Shown here: one piece after another, positions 24,317-35,800 of the stretch
How positions within the stretch are numbered: position 1 is the first letter of the stretch
Layout of the letters: every line of letters starts with the position of its first letter
Assembly: GCA_001179505.1 (NCBI GenBank)
Contig: CDMY01000419.1
Span: 1-64,000, forward strand
Source: Vitrella brassicaformis CCMP3155
Lineage: Eukaryota > Protista > Chromerida
Direction of reading: 5' to 3'
DNA: 64,000 nucleotides
Notes under the pieces: generated by a model
The model's database searches: none
Seen by the model: only the letters and a program-made list of their open reading frames with translations
What the model was told of the DNA's origin: nothing
Made by a program: the position numbers and the translations under genes

Positions 24317-27300
24317 TCAGTGAGATGGGTAGAGTTTGATGTTCTCACTTGTCATCACATCTTGCATTGTGGCCTTTCTTCCATCCACCTCTCGACACCA
24401 CTTGTCAACAGTAGCGGCCATTGCTGCATCTGGTTCTTTGTCACCCTGCACATGTAGCCGCCTTTCCAGACGCTTCTCCTCCGCTTCAACTGTGGCCTGA
24501 AGTACCATAACCAGCGTAAGTGGAATTTCAAAGGTGTCCCTTACGTTCATCTCAAACACCAGGTCACACACTATAATGAAACCGATGACTACGATCGCGC
24601 TGAGGACTCCGATAGGCAGTACACAAGGAAGGGCCATGAAGAAGCCTATTTTTTCCACCACTGTTCCGCCCTTTTCTGTCAGTAGTATTCCGAGCCATTC
24701 GAAGGGAATGGCAATGAGGAACACAGGTGTGAAGGCGACGATATATGTGACAAACTCGAGAATACAGAGGACGGCCACAAGGGAAAATCCAAGGATCCTC
24801 AAACATGTGGTTTCATCCACAGCCGAGATACGGTACATAAGGGAGCGAGCGGGTGCTAGCAGAAAAAGGCCTGCATACAAGAAATGTCCTGCTGGGCTTT
24901 GTGATATCCACACGTACTTATCAGGGAGAATGGAGGTGGAATTCGCTCATAGGTCGGCATATAGAGATACTCATTAAGAAGGCGGAGCCGCAGCATGCTG
25001 CAAGCGATGAACAGATTCATGTTGTGTCTCTATATGTCTCGATCTCGTTTTTGGGGTTGACTAACTGGTAGTGTGCATGTTGACTTGACTCGATGGCATC
25101 CCAAGTGAATGCCTGATATCACAGATCATCGATGCTCGCGTTGTGTCAGCTTATTCTTCCCTATCTTCTTCCCTACCATGATAGCTATTAAGAGATTGAG
25201 CTATAAGTAGGGGAGCACAAAGAGATGATCCGAAGATGAAAATCTGCTTTTAACCACCTCTGCGTACATCTTACCAGGATGATGGATAAAAGAATGACGT
25301 AAAGGATCAGAAGAATAGGAATGAGAAGATGTTCATCCTGAATGGCACTATCTAACGGTTCCTGTCCAGAGAAACAAGACGTCTCCTCTCTCATCGTAGA
25401 ATTAAGACATCTTCTTACTTGGAATTCCCCCAATCCACCATAGAATAGCGTTAGGATGGCTTGTCCGTAAGTCCCAAATACTCACTCTCGTCTGTCGCGA
25501 GTGTCATCACTGTAGCCGCAAAGGCCAGCAAGACGTATACGTAGAGGAGTAGAAATATCGATCTGCAGTGCACAAACAGAATGCACACGTACAGGCTCTG
25601 CTTACACAACTGGTCAGAACATCATAGTAGTACATGTCTGCAAGCATGCGTATTACAGCCCTGAATCACAAATAATCATCACGGATAAGACAGAAATTGA
25701 TGCATTCTTCCTTACAAGATGAGTGGCCCAGTTGTAGAGTTGAGGGTGGCAATTTGGAGAAATCTCGTGGTGAACAATAGACCGACGAGTGACAGTGAAG
25801 CAGTGATTGCCTCAGATGGTGCTCTGGAAAAATGCAATGCGACGAATGAAATGACCGCAAGAGAACTCGCGAGGTCAAGGTAATTCCTGAATGCCGCATG
25901 CAAAGCAAGTCAACATCTGCGCATGATGAATAAAAGCATGCCTCACCAATATTCCCCCCAGTAGCGCCACCCCAAACGAAACATCTATCGCCAAAAAGGT
26001 TCAAAACGTGAATTCCCTGTACTTGTTCTTTTACTTTCTCACCTGCATGATCTCCTGTGCGATGTAACCACCGCCCATTGTCACAATGGCCCACAGCCAA
26101 ATCCATCCTTTAGACTGGATCTCATCGCCGTAGCTAGACGAGATCTCATACACATTAACATACGCGAATACACATCCGATCCTGAACAAAACAAGCTGGT
26201 CGATTCATTGCTGACATTTACTTGCCTCCTTACATAACGGCCATCATAATAAATCTGCTGATGAAAGCAAGTTGTGGCGATAGAGCCACTCGAAATCCCC
26301 AATCCTGCATGAAAGTCACTATTCCTTCCAATCCACTAGGGTCTCTTGTCTCCTGCAGACACAATCATTACAACATAAGAGGAAAGGCAGCTTTTCGCCC
26401 ACATCAAGCCAACTCACGGATTCATGGACGTAAAGATACGGCTCCTTCCAGCGTTCACGAGTTAACTCAATAACCTTTGCTGTAACAAACACGCAGCAGC
26501 TCGCTTCAGGCGGAAAAGAGAAAGAGAGATGTGTTTACCTTCTGCGACTGTCTGGAGAGACTCCGAGGAATCCATCAGATGAAAGAGGTCCAGTAAATCG
26601 TCATGTGTCCATTCTTTGTTGGTATCCGCAATCGACGTGGCAGCAAATGCATCAAGCCAGTCGCCAATCTCTTCTATCGCTCTGCACACAAGTGCGCACA
26701 GGTGCAGACAAAGACGCAGCACAGCCTGCCTTCTGCGTACTTTGTGTGTGAGTCCTTGTTTCGAGATGACATGTCGCTGCGATACGCAGAGAGAAGATGG
26801 AGTGCGGTGAGGGTAACGTCGTTGGGGTCAGTATGCTTCAGCGACTAAACAAGAGCCTTCTTCAGGAATGGAAGGTTTGACATTAGATTGTGAAGGTGTC
26901 ACACAGGGCGATTCGATGGCGATGTTCGTCTACGCCTGCGGCAGCCTTCCCCTCATCCATGCCCTGCGGGCTGCCTGCGCTGAGGAGGGATATGAGATGC
27001 CGTCGAGTGGGGCATGGGATGAGTCAGGCAGCGATGGGTCTGGGTCAGACATGGACGAGAACGAAAACGCGCCATCAGAAGCGCAAGAGAGGCCAGAAGA
27101 AGCCAGTGACACGCCACCAGAAGCAGAGGGGGATGGTGCGGGTGTATGTGTGTGTTCTGATGTAGAAGGTGTTGGAGTTGGTGAGGAGGAGAGTTTGTCG
27201 GCCTCGTCAGCCCCGTCGGCCTCTTCATCTAGCGCTTCGCTGCGGCAGTGCTGGTATGCGGATGACTCGTCGGCGCTCGGCAAACTTCACGGCATCCTCG

Positions 27301-29267
27301 TGTGGTTTCGAGCCCTGCGTCGCATCGGTCCCTCATACGGCTATCACCCAGAGACCGCCAAGTCCTTCCTCGTCGTCAAACCCGAGCTCGAGCAGATCGC
27401 AAGGGAACTCTTCGAGCCCGAGGGGGTGCAGATCGTCACGGGCAAGAGGTTCCTGGGCGGCTACGTGGGCGATGAGGGGGGAAGGGCGGCGTTCCTCTGC
27501 GAGAAGGTCGAGGGGTGGGTGCGCGGCGTGCGCGCGCTCACGTCTGCTGCCCGCAACTTCCCACACACGGCCCACGCGGCAATGACGAGGTCTCTGCAGA
27601 TGGAGTGGGACTACGTCTTTCGTGTCGTGCTCACCGACGAGTGCGCTCTCAGCCCCCTCCGCGAGGCCATCGCCAAGGAGCTGCTGCCGGCCCTCCTCGG
27701 CGGCCCTGTGACGCCGTCCGAGGTCGACCTGATGCTGCTGCCTGCCCGGCATGGCGGCACCGGCATACGTGACCCTCTCGACCGTGCCGCAGCCGCCTAC
27801 CCCGCTTCCCGCGCGAGCACCAAGGTGGTCTCCAAGTCCGTCCAAGGCAAGGCTCCGTTCCACCCTGGCGACCATCGTGCCACCATCCGCCACGCCCTCA
27901 CCCGGAGCAAGCAGCAGCAGGACGTCGCCCACAAGACCAAGAGGGAGGCCGCCCTGCCGCACATCGACCGCCGGCGCCATCGCGTCCTCTCCCGCAGCGC
28001 CGAGTATAAGACGTCCGGCTGGCTGACCACCCTCCCGTCGACAGACAACAACACTGGTCTTGATGCTGCGGAGTTTCGAGATGCCCTCAACATGCGTTAC
28101 GGCCGTCACCCCCCCGGCCTCGCTGCACGCTGCGACCACTGCAACCAGCCCCTCACCGTCGACCATGCGCTGTGCTGCAAGCGGTACGGCCTGGTGATTC
28201 GTCGCCACGACGAGCTGCGGGACACTTTTGCCGAGCTGATTGGGATGGCGTGGGGGGACGCTGGTGTGCGTCGGGAGGTGGTGTTGAAGGAGGGAGAGGA
28301 GGNNNNNNNNNNNNNNNNNNNNNNNNNNNNNNNNNNNNNNNNNNNNNNNNNNNNNNNNNNNNNNNNNNNNNNNNNNNNNNNNNNNNNNNNNNNNNNNNNN
28401 NNNNNNNNNNNNNNNNNNNNNNNNNNNNNNNNNNNNNNNNNNNNNNNNNNNNNNNNNNNNNNNNNNNNNNNNNNNNNNNNNNNNNNNNNNNNNNNNNNNN
28501 NNNNNNNNNNNNNNNNNNNNNNNNNNNNNNNNNNNNNNNNNNNNNNNNNNNNNNNNNNNNNNNNNNNNNNNNNNNNNNNNNNNNNNNNNNNNNNNNNNNN
28601 NNGTCTGCAACTCCCGCGTGACCTTCTGCCCTCTGGTGGTGACGTGTGACGGTGTGTGGGGACACGATGCCAACGTGTTCATCGCCCACATGGCTCATGC
28701 GCTGTTGGAGAAGGAGGGGTGGAAGGGTCGGGGGTTCAGTCATGTGTCTGGATGGATTCGCTCTCGCTTGTCTATCGCCCTCGCGCGTGCGACTAGCTTC
28801 TGTCTGCGTGGGGGAGGGAGGGGAGGGTTTGCGGGACTGGGGTGTGCTGATGGGGCGGGGATTGATCCCTCCTCCCCTTGAGCCTGTTTGAGTCTGCGTG
28901 CTGATGGGACTGTATTTGTATGAGTATCACGGACACACAGACGAGTGTTACGGTTAATGACAGTTTTCACTCACTGGCATGACCACGTCAGGGCTCGTGA
29001 TGGGCTCTACTGAGGACTTGCGACTGTGATGCTCCACAGAGGTCGGGGAGGCTGGTTTCTGTCATTGAAGTGCCAGGAATGTACCGGAAGGCGTGTACGG
29101 GAGGATGTGCTTACCGAGCCGTCAGCGGGTTTGCTGTCCCCTTTTCCTGGCCCATTTCTCCACGCACGATGAAGAAGACTGTTGAGATCAGTCAGGCTAA
29201 CTCTGCCGCTGAGCTGTGAGGCGACCGCCAAGGTCTGACGACGTGAGGAACGTCGCCTCTCCGCCAT
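24317..29267 (-). CDS. TRP-family cation channel (TRPC-like pre-S1 region, no ankyrin repeats seen)
   Basis: Spliced motifs: DVTLTALHLLSAYR...IEEIGDWLDAFA (TRPC pre-S1-like), AQEIMQ (S2), NYLDLASSL (S3), RFLQIATLNSTTGPLIL|AVIRMLADM (S4-S5), YGQAILTLFYGGLGE (pore), LNLLIAIM (S6), ERIPPPFSLI. Exons 1-2 (29267-29115, 29058-28975) join exon 3 (starts 26844) in phase 0. Confidence 0.85.
26868..28881 (+). mobile_element. 5'-truncated CRE-clade-like non-LTR retrotransposon (RT + CCHC zinc knuckle + restriction-like endonuclease), antisense within the TRP gene
   Basis: EGVTQGDSMAM, QCWYADD, IGPSYGYHPETAKS, GKRFLGG, LLPARHGGTGIRDP; RCDHC...DHALCC...RRHDELRD; after the gap TFCPLVVTCDGVWG...WIRSRLSIALARATSFCLRG. 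Intronless, open frame up to the gap; no poly(A) or target-site duplication seen. Confidence 0.9.
28303..28602. other. Assembly gap (300 N)
   Basis: Run of N inside the retroelement; it hides the expected endonuclease catalytic core and explains the apparent frame change. Confidence 1.
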
Positions 29268-29370
29268 CGGTGGGGGTGGGCTGCACGGACAACTAAAAAC
29301 GCAGAATGGTCCGTTCTGCTGTCGGTCACTTGTGAGGGGGGGGAGGGGGAGAAGGCCCCAAGGACCAGGG

Positions 29371-29390
29371 TCAAGGGTTTACAAACCCTA
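29371..29390. promoter_or_regulatory. Palindromic AGGGTTT-ac-AAACCCT (telo-box-like) element in the 136-bp TRP/RCC1 divergent spacer
   Basis: Inverted repeat seen directly; the same TCAAGGGTTT 10-mer recurs at 59551-59560 upstream of the SET-MYND gene. Confidence 0.35.
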
Positions 29391-29403
29391 CCTGCTCGGT
29401 CCG

Positions 29404-32170
29404 ATGGACTTTCGAGTGGACTTTCGGCTTGTGGCTTGGGGCGCCAACAACAGCAGCGAAGTGCCGGCGGCAAGATCGTCTACAGAACCCGCGCCAAGGT
29501 TGACTCAGACCACTCATGGCGCAGCATCCAGCTCTGCAAGGCACCACAAAGGCAGCACCGGCAGCAGAGGCATCCAGGAGGTGCAGCTGCCGCCATGCGG
29601 CAATGATCAACAAGGCTCTGGAGGGCCCAAGAGCGTCGCTGCTGGGCGGTGCCATGTGTGTGTGGCGATGGCTGATGGGAGCCTCTGGGCGTGCGGGAAG
29701 GGCATCTACGGTACACACGTCATTGAAGAGGGAAGATTACAACGACTGCAATCATCCGAGCTCATCTGCACGTGTCTGTGTTGGTGGTCTCCTGTGTGGC
29801 CGTCCGTGTTGGTGCATGGCATGCAGGTCAGCTGGGTGTGAGGGAGCACCAGCAGGTCACGCACTTCACTCAGGTCTGGCTGACTGAGCCGGGCTCGAGC
29901 TCGGTGGCCACCGGCCGATTGCTCGTCAAGCAAGTCGCATGCTCCGACTACCATACACTGTAGGCACGCGACTGGGCGGGACGTCAGTGGGGTGGGCCCC
30001 GCTTGCCCTCTCCATGTCATGAGTGCACTCATCGTGTCCTGTCATGTCCTGTTGCGGTTTTCCTTGTGTGTGTGTGCAGAGCGTTGACAGAGGGCGGCAA
30101 GGTCTTCACCTGGGGCAGCAATTCAAACGCCAAACTGGGCCACCCCGGTGGGTCGCCAGGAGAGAACGGCCTATATATGCATCTTTTTTTTTCTTGCTGG
30201 TCTGTCTGTGTTTCATTCAGTGCGTCTGTCGCCCCGATATGACGGCTGCTCGCAGCCCACACTGGTCACCACTCTGGCCGACCAGGTCGGGTCGGAGAAA
30301 ATGGACAAGCGGAACCTGAAGTTCATTCTGCCCCTTGTTTGTGCCAGTCGATAGCCGTAGCATCGATTGCCTGTGGCGACGCACACTCGGTGGCACTCGC
30401 TGAGAATGGAAAGGTAGGTACGGACACAGAAAGAGACAGTGTCGGTCGATGCTTCGTTCGCATGACTGGACGCCTATGTGTGCAGGTGTGGTCCTGGGGG
30501 TGCACGCGCAACGGTTCCCTCAACTACGGGCAGTGTGGCCACAACAGTCACACCAAACCCACACACACGCCTACACCCATACAAGTAACCACGAAACCAC
30601 ACACACGAGAAGACACTCACGCCCCGATGCACCCACCATCTCCATACATCCCTCTCTCTGTCCATCCATCAGGCCCTGGCATCTTCGGGCATCTGCATCC
30701 GCAGCATATCGTGCGGCGCCTTCCACACTCTAGCGATAGACGCCGAGGGCCGGGTCTACAGCTGGGGGGCGGGTGAGTATGGGGAGCTGGGATTGGGCGA
30801 TTTCCGTCATCGTGCGTCGCCGGTGCGTGTGGAGGCCTTCCTGGACCCGGTGAGGGAGAGGAGGGGCGAGAGGGGCAGGGGGGCGTCGTTGCGGTCTGTC
30901 AAGGGCAGGGCCACCGTCAGAGAGGTACGCTTGGGGCCTGTGTGGGTTTGTTGTGTGGTGGAGAAATGGATTGTCTGTCTGTCGTGTGTGTGTCATCAGG
31001 AGGCGCCTGTAGTGGTGTCTGTGTCTGGCGGTGGGCGGCACACTCTCATGCTGACAGCTGACGGTGACGTCTACGCATGCGGATACAATCAGCACGGCCA
31101 GTGTGGCAGCGGCAACACAGAGAACCTGTGCTACCCTCTGCGCATCGAGAGCTTCGTCACCTCCTCCCGACCCCCCTCACCCTTCTCCCTCTCTCGCCCG
31201 CCCAGCACTCGCAATTCACCCCAGCTGCCCAGGCCGCTCACGAGCGACACCGCCAAGAGGGAAAGGGGGGAGGACACGCACCGGGCGGCACACACGATGG
31301 CCCAGGTGGTTGCGTGTTGGAGCCACTCGCTGTTCCTGACATCCGACGGACGAGCACTTGCATGCGGGATGGGTGAGAGATGCACAGATAATGAATGACC
31401 TGCAACATTATGGATCTGAATGTGGATTTTCAGGTCGCAATGGCGAGCTGGGCAGAGACGACATCAGGTCCCGCGTGAGGCCCACCGAGGTCCCGATGCA
31501 TGGCTTCCCATCTCTCCGAGTCGACCAGCTGTGGGGCGGCGGCATGAAGAGCTTCGCCCTCCTGGTCCCCGCCAACGCCAACGCCCCTCCGCCCCCGTTG
31601 ACCTATCCCCCACCCATCGCACCTTCCACCAGCCCTCGTCCCAAGGACGGCACGTCGCTGCACAGGCAGCTCGATGCCTGCAGCCAGACGGAGAGCCTCC
31701 CGCTGCCCTCAAGCAGGGTGGAGGTGGGGTCGCGTCATGTGGAGTTTGTGCATCGGTTTGTGAGGTTTGAGGTGGCTAGAGGCGAGTGGGAAGGGGAAAG
31801 CGGGCGGACAGTGCTGCAGGAGAAGATCGACACGTTTACACAGGTGGGCGTGAAGAGCCAGTCGTCATGTGTGATTCCATTGCCCATTTGCTGCCCGCAG
31901 GATGTTGCTACCCGTGACTCACCCCCGGCGTTGGTGAAGCTGGTAGCTGCCGAGCCCTCCTCAACGTCAGAAGACGATCCCAGTCCGAGTACGGCCTCCC
32001 TCACCCTGCAGCTCATCACCAGACACCGCCCGCAGACACACCTTTCCGTGTCGGCCGTGGCGCAGGTGTTTAGCGAGTGTCTAGGGGATAGCCTGGTGTC
32101 TCAGCCGAGGTGGTATGAAATATTGCCGGAGGGGGAGGGGGAGGGCAGTAAGACCAGGGCCCAGGGGTGA
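29404..32170 (+). CDS. RCC1-repeat protein, multi-exon
   Basis: VAAGRCHVCVAMADGSLWACG, ALTEGGKVFTWGSNSNAKLG, IACGDAHSVALAENG, ISCGAFHTLAIDAEGRVYSWGAGEYGELGLG, VSGGGRHTLMLTADGDVYACGYNQHGQCG, VVACWSHSLFLTSDGRALACG. Confidence 0.9.
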
Positions 32171-32813
32171 GGGAGATGAAAGAAGACTGACCATGTTGGT
32201 GTGCATACGAGGGAATCGCTGTGTTTATATCCATCTCGCTGGGTGTGTGGTTTTTCCATTCTTGCGGTCTCCACGTGTGTATGCGTCTTTTGGGTGTGTG
32301 GTGTGAGGGACCGCGCATACTTGATACAATACCACGAATGTGTGTGTGCATGGAAACACGAGTCCAAACCCTTCAAACCTTCATATACCTACCCCAGAAA
32401 CTCGTCTCACCAGGACGTGCTAACACAGGCGACGAACGTGACACATGAATCGACACAACAAAAAATGTACGGCCACCCCTGTAGCTGAGTGGGTGCTCCT
32501 GGCGCTTGAAAGAGCCAGCCCCTGCACCTGCAACATCTCTGTGTGTGCTGTGCTGGCCGCAACGTATGCTTGCTCTGACTTGTGTATGAAACAAGAAAGA
32601 CACAGACAGACAGACACAGAAGGTACGAAGGACGGAGGAACGGAGGAACGGAAAGAGGGATGGAGGGAGAAGGCGGAGGGAGGGAGACACGCACACGCAG
32701 CCCAGGCCCCACCCAGCCATCCATCCATCCATCAATCCAACGCACATGCATTCACACATAGCCGACACACTCACCGAGACACACACTTTGTAAGTGACAC
32801 GATGCTCATTCGT

Positions 32814-35800
32814 TCATTCTGCTACCGATGACGAGAGGGCCACATCCACAGTGCCAGTGCCACTGGGCTGGCCCGCAACATCACCATGAGGGCTGTGGTT
32901 GTCACCGTCGTGTTCGCTGCTGACCGTCACCTCGTATCGCCGCTTGGACGACTGGCCAGGGCGATGCGCATGAACGTGGCCCTTGGGCGTCTGGTGCACA
33001 CCTTCTTCTACTTGGTGGGGCAGAAAGGCACACTCTGGAACGAACACGGCAAACGCACACACAGGTGCGGTGCCGATTCATGTGTGTTGGTCGCGCCATG
33101 TGCCTGTCGTGTCTCGCTTGCCTGGAGAGTTTTCTCTGCTGAGATGCCTCACGCCAGGGTTGGCTGTGTCTCCTTGACAGCTCTCGCCAGCCTCGGTGGT
33201 CGACCCGCCCTTGGCGAGCTGGCCGACCGTCCCATTCCCATCGGTGGATCCGTCGTCCTTGCAATTGGCAGCTGGAGGAGCGGCGGCCTCGCGAGGCAAC
33301 GCCAGGGGAGGCATCGACAGGAAGCTTGGCTGGGGATCGTCGTGAGCGATTCTGCAGTCGATGGCGAATAGAGTGTCCTCCATGAGAGCGGCGAGGGACT
33401 GGTCGGCTCGGAGGGGGCTGTTGGGGTTTTGCAACAGATCCAGCACCTCCTAATGAACGGCGTCCAGTCCACACAGACAGACAAGGATGAGAGCGAGCAG
33501 CCCATGGGCATCACGTCTTCCTTTCGTCTCACTCACTTTGCAGACGCCTCTGATGTCCCTGGTTTCCAGCTGCCCCTTTGCTGCGTTGATGGTGTCCTCA
33601 TGTATGACGGCCTCCACCATGACGGCGGGCAGCGGTGGACCCTCCAGCCGGGGCGCCTTGCTCAGACACAAGAGCTCTTGCAGGCGATACAAGAGCTACA
33701 CACACACACACACACACACACGGACACGGGTCCATCCATATATTGCCGTGTGTTGTGTCTGTCTCGCCCTCCCTGTCCGAGTACTCACCTCTTTCTCTAC
33801 TTCCACCATCTCTATCGACGCATTCGTTGGCGAGGCCGCGGTGGCTTCCGAGTTGGGAGACTTGTGCCCTCCGCCGATCGCCATCTGCTGCTTCACCCTG
33901 TCCCAGTTTCCGACGCCGCCAGGTGGTGATCCACGCCGCGAAGACACGGGCGATGGGCTCTGCCCGGCGGGGATGGTGGGCAGTGCGATGGACGCGCTGG
34001 TGGCCTCGTGGATGGCGGTGGGTAGCCGGGGGAAGGCCAGCTTTATGTGGATGGACGGTTGGTCCGAAGGCAGCGGGGTGGCCGCACCACTGTCGGTGGG
34101 CGTCAGCTCCACCAGATTGCCAACCTGAAACAGAGAGACACGCATGCCCATGTGCATATTGACGAGGCACAGAGGGAGACGTGAGAGGGGGCGTACCTTG
34201 CTGGAGAGTTTCTTGATGGTGCTGGTGAGGAGCTTCAAATCCTTCCTGTTGTACTCGTCCTTGCCCTGCCGATACGCCAACAACCTGCATGGCCATCCAT
34301 GACGCACATAAGAGCCACACCGATCCATATGCACACGACACGCGGCGAGTACACCACACCCGATGAAGTCCAACCTACCTCATGAGGAAGACCTCGTCGA
34401 CATCCTCGTGTGCGAGTTTGACTGCGGCTCTTCTGGCGAGTATGTTGAAGATGGTTCCCAGCACCATCATGCCACCTCCGATGACGAATATGGCGGGGAT
34501 CCAGCTGAGGCCGCCCTCGTCCACCAGGGGAAACGATACTGCTGTGCATATGTACGCGACCACCGCACTGCACAGAAATATCCACGCGCGACGCTGCAGA
34601 GAAGCAGAGAGACAGACCGCACACAGTGTGTGTGGCCGTGTGGGAGTGTGTTTCTGTTTGTGTTGTTACGGACGGTGCTTCTGCGTATGAGTGCGTGTGC
34701 CCTCTCGCCCTTGGTTTCGTCCAGAAGGCTCTCGAGCGGCCGGGGACCAGGGAAGTGGTCCAGCAGAGTGCGCCAGTAGTGCTCCCTGTCCCCCACACAC
34801 AAGAACACACCACACGACATGCCGTGTCCTGTCTGCACTGATCTGCTCACTGTGGTGTGAATGCTTTGAATGGCATTCTGAATAGGCCGGTAAGGGGGTC
34901 TTCGAATGGCTTGCCGAGCAGGAACTGCTGCAGCGCCTTCTTGATCTTACGGTCGGCTTCCTCCGCATTCCTATCGACCCAAGCACCTTGTTCTCCTCTC
35001 CCGTGTATATGTGTATGTGAATCCTTGGGGTGGGTGGTTAAGTCACCTGAATGGCCATGTGTAGTATTTGACGGCGAATGAGACAAGTGCCAGCACTGTG
35101 GGGATGTAGACGAAGAAGGCACGGATCAGAAATACCACCCAAGCACTCTGCTCCTGGGAGACGCCGTCCTGATGGGTGGATGGATAGATGACACACATAC
35201 GTCGACCAAACACGACACACAAACATGGTGCGTGCCTGCACCTTTGAGGCCTTGAATCCTGCGGCGGCGATGACAGCTATTGGGAATGCCTGTGCGGGAA
35301 CGGCGACGATCTTGGGCACGAATGAGCTGAACATCGTGAACGACGCCTCGTTGCGAACACCCGCCCTGCATGCACGTCCATGCAGATGTAAGGAGACGTG
35401 TGGGTGTTGCTGGCGTGTGTGTGTATGTGCTGACCGGAGTTCATCGTAGTCGATGGTGAGCCCGAGAATGTTATCGGTGAGGAAGACGGCCCCGATGGGG
35501 AAGCCGTTGATCAGCGATATGCCTACGTGATGAAATGATATACATCCAAGCAACCCGTCTGTCTATCTGTACACTGCGCTCCCTGCCCTGCCATACTCGC
35601 TCACCGACAGTGAGCCATTGGTCCCCGCTGCCGACGAAGATGAGCAGGCCGTTGGTCTGACATACATTAGATCAGTCAGTCACGCACACGTGAATGTGTC
35701 AGAAGCCTGTTGGTTGCAACCAACAAGTCGTAGCTACCAGCGCATTCAGCAGGTTTGTTGCCTGAGTGCACCAGTGCGGTAGTATGATAGATAGATAGAT

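Noticed and set aside
26868-28649. 593-aa ORF apparently ending LQLPRDLLPSGGDV, and a separate 87-aa ORF at 28618-28881
   Set aside because: The frame change is an artefact of the fixed-length N gap; both parts belong to one retroelement ORF, so it is not evidence of a frameshift.
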